Shown in pieces: positions 10,250 through 23,671 of a DNA stretch of 64,000 nt. Source of the DNA: Amphiscolops sp. MND2022 (taxonomy: Eukaryota); assembly GCA_964187785.1 (NCBI GenBank), contig OZ076409.1, forward strand, positions 14,510,001 to 14,574,000. The letters are read 5' to 3'. The position numbers and the translations under genes were made by a program. The notes beneath the pieces were generated by a model. It saw only the letters and a list, made by a program, of their open reading frames with translations, was not told where the DNA came from and did no database searches. The first letter of the stretch is position 1. Every line of letters begins with the position of its first letter.

Positions 10250-11093
10250 AAGAAAAAATAGTTTAATTAAAAATTTTTCAATAATAATTTTTCAAAAAAT
10301 TGGTGAAAAAATAATTTAATTTTGTGGGTTCAATAAAATTTTCTATTTGTAAAATGTGTGACTTGTTATTGTCTATAACTTTGTTCTCCTGTATCATTGC
10401 GCTGCGATAAACCAGTTTCGAGAAAATTGAGAAAAACCCAATTTTTACACCTGTTTTGATAGGTGGTAATTAGTGGGTTGATTTTAGAGAAAACATTCAT
10501 TGACAAAATTTGTGTAACTTTTAATTAACTACAACTTTTGTTTCTGTGAATTTTGTCTAAAAACATTTCCCGTTGAGATATTAAACAAAATATGTTTCCC
10601 CCATGTATTAAGATTAGGAATGAACTTTTTCTATATTTAGATTTAAAAATTTTTCCGAGATATTTGTATCGGTTTTTTCAAATTTCAGATTTTTATATCG
10701 GTTTTTTCATTTGTCTCGGAAAATTCATATGTCTCGAAAAATTCAACAAGTGACGTTCCACTTGATGTTATTTCAATACCATGTGTTTCCACTTGAATGC
10801 TACTTTCATTCCAAAAATTTTTGCTTCACAAATTTTCTCTATTACCATCCATGGCAACATAGAGGTTAGTGAATTTTTGCTTCATGACAAAGTTTTCCAC
10901 TGGAAAAATTTGTGCATCGATTTTTATTTTGTTAAATTTTCAGTTGTGAAAAATAACTAATTTTAGATGATTTCCCTTGGTTATTTTTTAACAGTTAGTT
11001 GTGAAAAAAACGTTGATTTTTGTTTCAAAAAATAATCAACATTTTTTAAAAAAATATATTTGACTGGTCCGAATCGGGAATTCGTATACTACT
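10250..11093. repeat. Putative right terminal inverted repeat region of the Polinton
   Basis: Non-coding, ends in ACTACT; the next 6 bp (GACAAC) are the predicted TSD. The partner TIR is outside the window, so the inner boundary is unknown. Confidence 0.6.
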
Positions 11094-11325
11094 GACAACT
11101 CAAACTCTCAATATGAAGATGGCCAGAACGAAGACCTGAACTCACTCTCATTTTTCTCTTTTCACTCTATTCTTAAAAATGAAAAGATCTTGGGTTAGCG
11201 GCCATCTTGGCTACGAAAATTGCGAATCACGAGTTCATATCACTAAAAGTCTTGGAAACTTTCCACGACTTTTGATTTTTTTTTCAGAAAAACAAGGAAT
11301 TTCTCAGAAAAAAACAAGCTGTGTA

Positions 11326-11918
11326 TTTTTGGTCGGCGCTTCATGAATTGAAACGCGACTACAATAGTGACTCTTTTTCTTTCAATCCACACCAACTGAC
11401 CAAAATAGTTCTACAAGTTCTACAAAATTTTATGAGGCCGAATTATACCATTTGGCCTTGGGAACTGAATCATAAGAGTTGTCCCTTTTATTTAGCGTAA
11501 CATACAATACCGGACGAGAGTAAATGATACCCTTTTCATTTTTCGCCCTTGTGAGACTTTTTTTGAAAAAATATTTATTGTCTCCAAAGGGTCCTCCTTC
11601 AATTTTCTGCTATTTTGCAACAGAAGGGATGTTGAAAAAGTTCAGAGTCCTCCCTTTACATTCTTTGGCACTATGAGACTGTTCAAAATTCTCAAGTTTT
11701 GTTTCTTTCGAAAATTTTAAATTTTTTCAAAGGGTTCCCCTTCATTTTTTTGATATTTTGCAACAGAATGTACGGTAAAAAAAATCTCTGAGGGTCCGTC
11801 AATTCGGACTCTTTTCGGTTTTTCGGGTACTGTGGAAGAGAATACTTCACGCTTTGAAGTCCTTTCGCTATTTTTGGACTTTAAGTGCAGCGCCGACTTA
11901 TTGCGTTCCCGGCTTGTT
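11326..11918 (+). mobile_element. Helentron/DINE-1-like non-autonomous element
   Basis: 5' T-run + GTCGGCGC subterminal repeat; 3' GCGCCGACT followed by a degenerate hairpin and CGGCTTGTT. Confidence 0.7.
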
Positions 11919-11986
11919 ATTGTCTTAAAGTTGATTGTTTGCTTGGTATTTCTGATCAACTACGTCTGGAGTCTACTTTCATACCA

Positions 11987-12457
11987 TTTTTGGTCGGCGC
12001 TTTTCTTAAGAAAAGAGTCGACTATAGTCTTGGCTTTTCGTCAGTGTTTTTAAGACCACCTGAAGTGACCAAAATAGTCTACCAAAAGTTTGAGAAAACA
12101 AAAAAATTTTGAGAAGACGCCAAATTGTACCTGTTAGCCAAAGGAACTGAACCGAAAAGGTTTCCCGCGTAACATACAATACCGGACGAGACCAAAGGGT
12201 ACCCTTTAGTTTTTTTCGGCACTGTGCGACTTTTTTTCCCACCAAAGGATCTCCCCTTCAATTTTTTTGAGTTTTGCAACGGAATGGATGTTGAAAAATC
12301 CTAAAGGGTCCTTCTTTTCAGTTTTTTTTCGGCATTGTTAGACTTTTTTCAAATTTTGATTTTCATAAAAGGTACCAAATTCACCAATACTTTGACATTT
12401 TGAAGTCCTTTTGCTAATTTTGAGCCTTAGATATGGCGCCGACTTGGGCCGTTTGTT
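11987..12457 (+). mobile_element. Helentron/DINE-1-like non-autonomous element
   Basis: tttttGGTCGGCGC ... GGCGCCGACTTGGGCCG; interior similar to the other copies; 3' hairpin partly deleted. Confidence 0.7.
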
Positions 12458-13745
12458 TGGTTTTTAAAATTGCAGTTTTATGCCAACAAGAAAAAACTGT
12501 TGTATATCTAAGAATTTTTTCGAAAAAACCACCTGCTAAAATAATTTGAAATATCATTTATAACCCAGGAATTCCAAAAAAGTTTACAAAAACTCTACTG
12601 TCATGCCGTATAACCACAACAAAAACTGCAAAAAATTTGACACTTGGGACCTAGCATTATATCATGAAAATCATTGAAGATTTGACTTGTGTATATTGTA
12701 TGGATTTTAGTGAGGCTTTATTTTGTTCACACATTTCACAACTGTCAATAAAGAGACTTATGTACAGTTGTCGCTTTCGGTAAGCCATCCATTGCCTTTT
12801 GTTTAAAAGCTCCATTTCAGTTGACTGAACAATGTTGGTCTGAAAACTGTGCCTTAAATCCTGTACTTGAACTTACAGTTCAGAATTACAAACGGGCGTT
12901 TCTGACAACCTCTAGAATTAATGATTTAAACATTGTTGGTTCAGAAAGGCGGGAACTCCCTCAAGAGAATACAATTTAATGACAACAAGCTTGTCAGCTT
13001 TTCGACAAATATTTTTGTTTTTGCTACCGATGAAAACAAAGAGACAAAGCAAAACCAGAACAAACGTACGTTTAACATATGCAATAACAATTTTTTTGAT
13101 TGTTTTAATGCTCAAACATGCATAAATGTTCCAAATGGATGTGAAACCGCTGAAAGATGTTTGATGTCAGTGAAAACACCAAGCTTTTATGTTTTGTTTC
13201 ATTTCATGGTTTTCGTTAAGTTGGTTGAAACATTTCCGTTTTTCATGGAAGTTGATTAGTTTAGACTAGCCGTGATCAAAGTCAAGTCGTCGATTCAATC
13301 CTTTAAAAAGTATTTCAAAAATGATGAAATCTAAGGTATTTATAAGATATTTATAACGCGATAACTCGAGTTGGCGCTTTATCAATTCGGATGAAGCCTT
13401 GTAACGCGAGCACAAAATATTTCCAACCGCGAGGAGCGGCTACTTAAATCTAGACAAAGTGTCTGAACTTTTATTTTCTCGAAAATTTATGATGACTTGT
13501 GGCTCAAAAATCGACTAGACAGGCGATAAAAAGGCGTCATATCTCCAAATTCAGGTACCTTAGCAATTGTTATTGCATTGGTATTCTTCAAGTAGGGATT
13601 TTTTGACAGCGTAGTTTATTCGATCACTGTGATTCATTCCGCGTGAGTGACCAAAATTTTTCATGCTTCGGTTGTTTTTTTTTGGCGGGAAACTTTCCAG
13701 CTGATGTCAAAAATTGGATGCCTCTTTGCTGGGTGACATTTTTGA

Positions 13746-13823
13746 ATGATTGCTGAATGTTGCTGATCTGTCCACGTCGCATATATATTCAACGTGGACA
13801 GATAAGTAATATTTAGCAATCAT
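13746..13823. repeat. Imperfect 78-bp palindrome
   Basis: 39-bp arms with 6 mismatches and no loop. Confidence 0.8.
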
Positions 13824-15078
13824 ATATTTATCAATCATAGCAATCATTGATATCTCCATGACGACTCCAAAGTATCCAGTGGTATGTTTGAACAGCCAAA
13901 TCTGCCCAACAAAACTTTTTCTTTATATTTCACATAAACTTGCATAGTTTTTTTCTTTATTCTCAATATTTTCATTAAACATTGTTCGATTGTTATTTTA
14001 AACTTCAAAATTTGAAAATTCATTCTTATCAGTTTTCATCACAATCGCAAAACTTTAAACACTAGTATAAAAATTTGAACGAACGATGACTAATTGGTAC
14101 CTGGGAGGAACATTCGTTCGAGAACACAATTGCCAACTGAAAAGAAGCACCGTTGTGATCCGAATGTTTCAACAGAAAGTTGGCATTAAGTAAATGTGCT
14201 GCATGTGTCTCATATATTAGATAACCTTAATTTTTGCTTTAAAAATTGTTAATCCAAGATACTTTTTCGCTGCAAAAGTAATTATCGGATCAAACTTTCA
14301 TTTCAATCCACCAACGGTATTAGCATCAATAGATCTCAATTCATTAGCAAAAAAAATAGTTTTCTTCCAAGCGCATTGTTCTTTTTTGTTTGACTTGACA
14401 CTATCATTTTGACTCGACTAAACCTTTCAGTTTTGTTGGAAGTTTTGCTTCATGTGTATTCATTTGAAACTACAGTACTGTGATTAAGAAAACAGCCCCC
14501 GAGAGAATTTAGGCACGATTTTCTCAAAAATGGCTGAAAATTTTAAAAACCATCAGAAGTCAAAGTTTCTCAGAATTTCATCTAGTTTACATTAGAATTT
14601 TTTAAAATTTCTGGAATAAAAAATGAGAAAGTTACAAATAGCTTATTTTAAGCAAAATTGGGACGTTTCGCAGTTTTTCCAATTTTTGACCGTTTTATCC
14701 TCAGTTTTTTTGAGAAGTTTTATGCTCAGTTGACTCCAACCAATCTACTGAATCTATGGATAAATTTTGATTTTAGAAATTATCAACCGTTTTCGAAACA
14801 ACATGCTCGAAAGGTAAATCTTCGTCGATTTACATGAATTAATAGAGGAAATTAACGTTTCGCGGAGAAAAAGTGCTATTGTTGTTCCATTCAGATTGTT
14901 TTTGAAACAAAAAATACACCATTAAATTCTAGACGATATGCAGAATCAGATGAATTAAAACTTTCCAGAAAAAAATCAAAAACTTGCCCAAAACTGGGAA
15001 AATAACAGAAGCGTTCTTTCTGCGTCTGAGATTTCACTCGATGCGCTAATCAAAATTCAAAAGGAGAGCAAATAGGCA

Positions 15079-15191
15079 ATTTTAATTTGATGGTTGATAA
15101 CGACGCTCAGTGCATAGGGTGACGATTTCTCAATCATTGAGAAATCGTCACCCTATGCACTGAGCGTCGTTATCAATCATCAAATTAAAAT
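15079..15191. repeat. Near-perfect 113-bp palindrome
   Basis: 56-bp arms around C15135 with a single G/T mismatch. Confidence 0.95.
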
Positions 15192-15232
15192 ACATCAGTC
15201 CTGTATTTCAGCTGTAAAATATGATTGTTTTA

Positions 15233-15754
15233 CCCTAAATGGACCATGGTGCCATTTTGTACTTGTTAGCTCTGCAAACTTCTGAACGCACCAGCTGACC
15301 GTATGGTAGAGAAAACTCTTGAATAAGATAAGATTTTCAGACGCTAATATATAGCACACCGCTTTTTGACGGAATTTTGACATGATGACTCCGAAATCAA
15401 GATAACGGTACCAAAAAATCAAAAAAAGAGCACAGATTTTTCGTATCTCCAGTTTTCGTTTGTGGCCACTCTATCCCACTGATACCAAGATTGGGTCAAA
15501 GTGGACCTTGCATGTTTTCAAACATGCTGAAATACAGTCAAAGACACAAGGCGTGCAAAGTTTTGGCACAAAGTCCAGAGCCAGTGTCGCCCCAGCCCAG
15601 CAGTTCAAAAATTGATTTGAAAGCTTTTATTCTCTTCTTTCGAACGCGCTATTTAAATCGTTTGTCGGACTTGCATAATTTAGGAGATATTGCTGTTTAA
15701 ATTTTATGCACCATATTTTTGGATGGATCTGGAAATTTCCTGGTCAATTTAGGG
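15233..15754. mobile_element. piggyBac-type MITE
   Basis: TIRs CCCTAAATGGACCA / TGGTCAATTTAGGG; flanks TTTA / TTAA; homologous in inverted orientation to 52972-53389. Confidence 0.75.
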
Positions 15755-17347
15755 TTAAATATTTTTATTTTTTCCATCGATTTGTTTTTGACATCCCTGG
15801 TGAAATCTGGCAATGCAGTAATATTTAATTTAAGTATGTGATTTGATGAGAAATGCATATATAGTTCATCATTACTGTTAGTTTTTTATTTGAAACCGAA
15901 AAATTCCTACCAAGTTTTAGCGTGGTTCTTCTTTTCAGCAAGTTTCTCCATCTATTTCTGGATGGAACAACTGAATAGCTGGGAAAGTACTTGTTGATAG
16001 GCCCAGGGACAAAGTTTGAAAGCAGGAGGTTGAGTGTTCGCATCCCTCTCGGGCAGAAATTTTCTAATGTTTGCAAAGCTACTTGGCTAGATGATTAAAA
16101 CACAAGGCTGAGAAGCAAATGTATGAGGATTCGAATCCCCCTGGAGAATTTCAAGCTTCCAAATTGAACTATACTAATGGCGGTTTCTGAAACAACATGT
16201 AATCGAAAGAAAAAGCCTTGTAACCGGTTCATTGATGCTTTGACCGAATTATATGAGGTCTTCCGAAGAAAAGGCAAGGGATTTCGATTATGAATAGTTC
16301 CATTAGGTGTTTTTCAAAATGATTTATAACAGTCGTTGTGATATATTATATTATTCAAAAATCTCTATACCCAGAAAACAGACGTTGCACCCAAATCACC
16401 ATAAAAAGTATGGCGGGCATTCGAATCTTACATATTTCGATTTTATGTTTTTTTCCAAAGGAAATTTTGAAAAATCGTTTTTCAACAAAATAAATTTATA
16501 AAAAGGCCTAATATCCGAACTACTGACGTTATTTCCCAATTTTATTAGATCCTTTCAGGTACAGACCAAAGAAAACAGGTATTTTCAGCCAACCCTATAC
16601 AAACATTTAAGTGGAAGATGTTTTATTCAAAAAGGGCACTCCTCCAATTTTGAAAAAAAACATTCCGAAATTCCGAAATTTTGCAGTTTTTTGAAATTGA
16701 CATAAAAGCTTTGATAATAACCTTGATAATTGCTCTCTGATTAGGCTCAGAGATTTTGAAACTTCGAAGTGATAATTGAAAATGAAAAGTCATTTTCAAT
16801 TTTTGACACAGTTCTTCGTTTATTCTTCAAAACTTGACTATTGCATCTCTAAAAACACTTCAGATGACATGACAGTTTTTAGGTTCTTTATCATTCACTT
16901 TTTCACCAAAGGTTACTCAATTGCCTGATACTGTTTTTACAACAACAATGGTAAATCCTCCCAAGGTGGATTAGTTCAATCCTGAAAATTTCAAAAGATT
17001 GCGCTTCTTTTTGTAACGAAGTCAGTGGGTCTGATGTCCTCTGCAGAAATGAAAAAAAAACACCATTTAACTGAAATAATTCGCTATTTTTAGTCTTTGT
17101 GCTACTGAGACTAGAAGCTAACCCTCGAAAATTGTTTCATTGTTTGTTATCTTCCTTCCATAAAAACCATTATACTGCTGCTTTTAAAGAATTTAACAAT
17201 GAAAAATCCGTAATGGCTAGACTATATTTCGGACTGTTTTATTGATGAAAAGATGCCTTTTTCGATTGAAAACCAGGAAAAATTTGATGGCATGGCTTTG
17301 AATTAATTCATTTCGAGTAAGTTTTTGATGGTTTCAAATAAACGTTG

Positions 17348-17990
17348 AACAAGCCGGGAACGGCCCTAGTCGACGCCCAGCCGACATTCAAGGGTTAAAA
17401 AAACAAGTTTTTTTAAATAAGCAAAGGCGCACTGCTGTGACATTTTATCAAATTTACAGAGCCGGAAAATACGCTAAGGGATGCTCATGACACTGGAAAA
17501 TCGCTTTTTCCCTGACTGGAAACATCGAAAAAATTCTTCGGAAAAAAGTCTCACAGTGCCGAAAAGGCTCAAAAAACGCCGAAAAGATTTATGAAAATAT
17601 AGGGGGTACCCTTTGACCAAATGGGAATTTTTTGAAGAAAAGTCGCACAGTTCCAAAAAACGTTCGTCTTTTCCACAAGCATTGACGAAACTCGTCAGTT
17701 CCACAGGACCAAAAAACAATCAGTGAAGAGGTTACAGCCAGGACTCAGAAAAAGGAAAACCTCAAAAAATGAAAAAAAAATATTTGGGAAATTTTTTCGA
17801 TTTCAAGAATTTCTTCGATAAGTCGCAATGTGCTGAAAAAACCTAAAGTACTCTCTATGCGCGCAAAACGTTTTTTTTGTGCCAAAAATCAATGATAAGG
17901 GCGTCGGTTCTAAATCTTCAGAAAACATTTTTTTGTTCACACGTTACTTTTGAGAGCATTAAGAATTTTGGTTAAGTGCGAGACTTGAAC
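17348..17990 (-). mobile_element. Helentron-like element, partial
   Basis: AACAAGCCGGGAACGGCCCTAGTCGACGCC terminus. Other end not found, so the right boundary is approximate. Confidence 0.5.
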
Positions 17991-18411
17991 CTACACACTC
18001 CTGCTTCTCAGACCTCGTCTTTCGGAAATCAGAGTCAACTTCTAGAACCAATGGCAATGAGTGACGAAGTTATAGAAATGCTTACAAAAATTTGTCAGTT
18101 CGCTCTAGACGTGCACCGGACCGTTATAAGACAAATGGACAGGCTTGATTTGAGCTGGATACAGGCCGGAAAAACATATCTGAAAAGTCCACTTTTCGAC
18201 ATGCTTGTAGCCTAAGAACTGAAGTGTATACCCAAAGAGGCCACAGAATCTCCTCCAATGCTTTCATAATTTCAAATTTTACGGAGGGTACAAACTGGAT
18301 GAGACCAAAATGCCACTATGTAAATTTCCAGCAATATGCGGCAATTTTTGAAAGTTTTCTTCCAACCCCCCAAAAGAGCCCGCTGGTAAATTTTTGAAAG
18401 TTCCAATAAGA

Positions 18412-19160
18412 AACAAGCCGGGAACTGCCCAAGTCGGTGCAACGGTTAAGAACAGTAAAAAAATCGAATATGCAAAAGAACACTTTTGTTAAAATTTCAT
18501 CAATACAGTGCCAAAAAATACCTCAAGCGATACGCATAAGACTCGAAAACGCCAGTTGGCCCAACTGAAGACTTTCAAAAAACAAAAAAAACGAGGAAAA
18601 AAGTTCCTGAAATTTCGAAAAAATGATAAAGGTCTCCGGTAAGTCGCATAATGTCGGAAATCATAAGAAAACCTGTATGCTCGCAAAACGTTTCGTTTCT
18701 AGTAAAAATTGAGGGGCTTTGACAAGGCAAAATAGAAAAAGTCACATGGAAAAAACGTTGGCATTAAAAAAATAAAATTCGTATATAGTGTGCTGAGAAA
18801 ACCTAATTTTAAGACCGGTATTAGACATTTTAGACATTTTAAAAAATCTCACAATGCCGACAATTGTAAAAGGGAGACCCTTAGGGCTTTTTGAATATCC
18901 AATTTGATGCAAATATCAGAAAAATTAAAGGAAGGACCCTTTCGAGACATTAGTTTGCAATGCTCGAAAAAGTTTCTGGGTGAAGAAGGGACTCGAACGC
19001 GCAACCGCTGGGTTCACCCTAAACCGATTGGTAAAAATTACAAGTTAGTAAGCAAGAGCTTATAAAGCTCATGAAATCTGTCAGTTCGATGGACTTAAAA
19101 ATGAAAAAAAGCAAAGTCATTACTATAGTCAGCTTTTTCTACGGAAGCGCCAACTAAAAA
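18412..19160 (-). mobile_element. Helentron/DINE-1-like non-autonomous element
   Basis: AACAAGCCGGGAACTGCCCAAGTCGGTGC ... GAAGCGCCAACTAAAAA. Confidence 0.7.
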
Positions 19161-20599
19161 TTTTTTAAAGCCCAAAGGCCCCTCACTGATTTTTTAACAC
19201 TCTGAACCTTACTGAAAGCTTTCTTCAAGATATCGAGCTCATTTGGTAACTTTACTTCAATTTTTGACCGTTTTATCCATTTTTTTCAACTATCACTTAA
19301 TGTTTCGACTTTAAAGATTTCAACGATTAAAAAATTAGCTACTAGTATACTTTTGTAAAAAACAAAACTCGGAAGTTTTCCATCAGGAAAATGCCCGGAA
19401 TTGGGAATTTTAAACAAAAACAATTAGCGACTTAGCATGTTGAATATAAACATATTTGATATTTTACAATGCTGTCCTTGAAACATTTTAGCGGGTGTCT
19501 TGTGGTTCAATGACTCTCCGAATTAGTTTTTGTACTTCAAAGCTCAGGAAACGTTCGATGTGGAAGTTAGAGGGTTCCCTTGCATGTTTCTTTCACTGTT
19601 TTTCAATGAAGTGAAAGGGAATGTCGAGTTGACTCAGCACCTGGGAGCGCTTCTGATAGTTGCAAACTGTTAATTTCCGCCCATCTGTGAAAGGAAAATT
19701 CCAACTCCGCCACCTTTTCCCCTAAATATGATCATCATCCAAATTTATATCCAAATTCTGGTTTCTTCCGCGGAATTCAAACATCATAAATATAGTTCAG
19801 GAATGGATTTTTTTGGAAAGAACTATAAAACCCCAATATGACCCCAAATGGAAAAATTAGTCAAAAATAACCAAAGATTCCAATGTTTGACCTTTTCTAT
19901 GCATTTTTTGTAAATTTTCTATTGTTTTTGCAATTCACTGTATCGAAACAGTTCAAAACCGAACGACATAATTATCCGGTATTCTTTTTAAAAGAGAAGT
20001 TGAAAGTTTCAGTTGGAAATGCTTTGAAAAAGTCAAGAAATAGAAGAGGCCGGTTTTCGAAAGTTTATTTACAATTTTTAATATGGCACTTGAATGAATG
20101 TTTTTATCGAAAGAATTCAATGCGAAATAACTTGCCATCCAAAAGATTTTTTGTGACAATCTGCACATTTGTGGTAGAAAAGTGCCTCAAAATTACCACA
20201 GAGGTCCATTTTTAAACAATTAGCAATTAAATATGCTTTTCGAGTTGAGAATGAATGTTTTTGTCGGAAAAGTTCTCCAAATTAATTTTAAAAAAAAACA
20301 CAAAAGCGACTTTTTTGTCTATGACAGTTTTTATATAATTTGATTTTGATTTTGAAAAGTTTCGTGACTTGAGACATCCAGACTTCAGCGATGAACCAGC
20401 AAGTTATCCAGTCTGGCCTTTAGACGAATAATTGGAAGTTTCTTGCCATGAAAATGTGTCTACAAATTGTAATTTTCATTTTCCGCCCATATTTCATATG
20501 GGAAAGAAAAATAATTAAATCGAACGGTTTTTTTACAAAATTTGCAGAGCACCAAATTTATATTAACTTTAAGGGTGTTACTCGTGGAATTCAACTCAC

Positions 20600-21700
20600 A
20601 TAAACTTAGCTTCGTGCGATTTGTATTTGTGGAGATTTTTGGACTTTTTTCGTTGACCCCAAGGACCCCAGAATGGCCCAAAAATGACGCCAAAAATGAG
20701 AACATTTCTATTTTTTTGCGTTTTAAGGCAGTTTTTGTCAATTTTTTGATAGATATCGTAAATTAGAATGTTGAAAACGTTCAACAAGGCACAAACTCGT
20801 TGTCCAATAGTCTTCTATGAATAGATAATTGCTGTTTTCCAAAAAGAAAAGATCTCAAATTGACACTTAAAATGACAAAAAACCAAAAATTTCTCGATCT
20901 TTAACGTTTTTATGCAATTTTTGTCAAATTTTCGATAGACTTCGCGGATTAGAATGTGGAAAATGTGGCACTACATTAATGTCTAGTAGACTTTTCCGAA
21001 GAGATAAGTGCTCTTTTCCAAATAAAAAAATCTCAAAATGACACAAAAAATGACGAAAATCCCAAAATTTTCCAATTTTCAATGATTTTATGTTACTTTT
21101 TTTGTTAAAGTTTAGACAGACTTCGTTGATTGGATTGTTTTGAAGAGTCAACAAAGAAATGGTTGGTTGTCCAGTAGTCTTTTATCAAGCGATAATTGCA
21201 ATGTTCTGAATGAAAATTTCTAAAATTGACACCGAAATTGATAAAAAAATCCCAAAATTTTCCAATTTCAAAGATTTGATGCATTTTACCCAAACGTTTG
21301 ACAGACTTCGTCGTTTGTAACATTGAAACTGGTCAGAAAAGAAAGGATGTGTTGTCCAGTATGCTTAGAAAAGAGATCAATGCAGTTTTTCAAACGAAAA
21401 CTACTGTCCGTAATTGACAATGAAAAAGACAAAAGTTCGAAAGTTATCAGAATTTTCACTATTTTTGATTAACTTATGTCAAAATATCGATAGTCTTCGT
21501 GGACAAGAATGTTAAAACGCCCAAAGTATGGGCCAAATTGTTGTTTCGGTGAGCTTTCGTCACGAGGTTAGTTCAATTTGTAAAAAACAAATACCTCAAA
21601 TTGACCCTGAATTGTCGGAAAAACTGAAGTTTTTGACGTTTATGATGCAATTTCTATTCATTTTCCAAAGATTTTGTTCTAAGTTTCAATACAATCAACT
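20600..21700 (+). repeat. Degenerate tandem repeat, period about 180-190 bp (probably extends about 19850-22700)
   Basis: gacttcg-like words near 20938, 21118, 21304, 21492; aaattgac-like words near 20857, 21035, 21223, 21412, 21598. Confidence 0.7.
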
Positions 21701-23671
21701 CAACAGCGAAAGAACGAGCTTTGCATTACATTTTTGAAGAGAAGGTTGCAGCTTTTTGCTTCAAAAATACTTCAGAATGACTCCAAAGCAGTCCAAAAAG
21801 TTCAACATCTCCGTTTTTGTGCAACTTGGGTTTTTTGAATCGTTTTGGAGTCAGAAGGATGGCAACGTTCAACAAGGACTGATCTGATAATCCAAGAGAC
21901 TCTTTAGAGGAAATTTTGCAGACTTCAGCTGGTAAATGGCTCGAAAATGTCCGCAACAAGTCGAAAAAATCGAAATTTTTGTCGGTTCCTGACAATTTCA
22001 GTGAAATTTTGTTTGGGATTGGAATTTTTCGGAAACATAAAAACTTCAAATCTCCAGATGATAAAACTATGTCCGAAGCACGTTTTTTCAAAAAATGCTT
22101 ATTTATGGTCAAAACTTCCCTTAGCATGACCCAAATATTGGAAAATCTGAGAATTTTCAAGTTTCTTTTACATTCTTAGGCCGTTTTTTGCACAATTTTT
22201 GAGGTATTACCTTGCTTAAAACGGCGTAAAAAACTCAGTCTTGACCAATCCGGGTATCTCCCGTAGGCTATTGTGAAGATATAACTGCATGTTTCGCTGG
22301 AATTGGCCTCAAAAACACCCAAAAATCCATGGAACAACAAATTAGCTCGTGTTTGACAAACTAGTCCCAATTTTTGTCCAAATCACAAAAGTTCGATATC
22401 ATATCGAAGAGATATCAGACAGACAAGTTCATTTGCACAACTTTAAACGATTTTACTTGAAATCGTTAAGTTCGACCTCATCTGTCCAATATTTAATATT
22501 CAAAACCTCCTTGCAAAATCAATAGATTTGGAGAACACCTTCCAAAGAAAAAGGTTTACAGCTACCTCGTGGGAGAGAATTATGTAAACCTTCAGCAACA
22601 ATTAAACCCGGTGTCCAGTAGGCTTATTTTTGAAGAGACATCTGTAGATTCACGTTAGGATAATTCCTCAAATTGACCCCAAAATTGTCAAAACTAATTC
22701 CAATTTTTGACACATCTGGTGAAACTATGTGCAATGATATAACAAACCGGCATCGTTCAACATCCTTAAAATTGTAAAGGACCTAGTTACAAGCTTTTAC
22801 CATTTTATCAGTGCCAAAAATTACCTCAAGAAATACGCCTGAGACTAGGAAACCACTTTTCCCCAACAGGAATCACAAAAAAATCAATTTCTTTCATTTG
22901 TTTCCGGTAAAAATTTACGATGGCGACACGAGTTTCAGCTCGCAAAACTACTTTTCTCAAGCCAAAATCAGCTATAAAAGCAAGGGTGCACTATTTGACT
23001 AAATGAAAGTTTTGGAATGACTCACGGAGCCGAAAAAAACTGAAATGAGATAATTTCCACAATCAATAAGAAACCTCATCAGTTCCATATGATCAAAAGT
23101 AACAAAGAAGTCACCCTTAAGACTCGGGAAATTTATTTCCTAGTCAGAAAACCTCAAAAACTGAAAATTTGGGAAAATGTTTCTCGAAACTCATTTTCAA
23201 AAAAAGTTTTTGAAAACTTTCTCTTTTCTCGGTAAGTCGCTTAGTGCCGGAAAACGAAAAGTGATCAGCTATCGCAGAAATAATAAATTAGGTGTTTCCT
23301 TTAAAATGGGCTAAGATGAATCAAAGTTTTCTTTTCTTCGAACTTCCGTGCGTTTTTTAATGCATTGGCTATTCTTGAGCCTCAAATTTATGTAGTTGTA
23401 GAACAGTTTGGGGCGGAAAATATCTCGCTGCTCATCGGGCGTCTTGTTAGTAAAATTTTTCAATTTAGGTTTTTGATTGAGAAATCCGATCTTTTGTCGA
23501 GACAATGTCTAAATAGAACCAAAACAGGCCAAAAATTTCTAACGTTTTCTCTTTTGTAAAGCTTCGGGTTTTTTTGTGGGTTTCAGAGAGGTCAATAAAA
23601 TATTCAGCTACTTAGCATACGTTTGCGTTTCCAGAAAAATAGTCCTCCAATTTCCAGAATACTAATTTTAG

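Larger units (their letters stand above)
1..11093. mobile_element. Polinton/Maverick (adintovirus-like) endogenous virus, right-hand part; left end lies before the window
   Basis: Compact, intronless cluster of packaging ATPases, rve integrase, DJR capsid and protein-primed PolB. About 850 bp of non-coding sequence follows and ends in ...TATACTACT (11085-11093), matching Polinton AGTAGT...ACTACT termini. Confidence 0.95.

Noticed and set aside
12770..13070. Possible host exons (LTEQCWSEN..., splice-like AG/GT sites)
   Set aside because: No coherent multi-exon frame or recognisable domain could be assembled by eye.
11717..23559. Many 60-144-aa ORFs in repeat-rich DNA
   Set aside because: Lie within non-autonomous repeats or satellite; F/K-rich composition of AT-rich non-coding DNA; many start on TTG/GTG.
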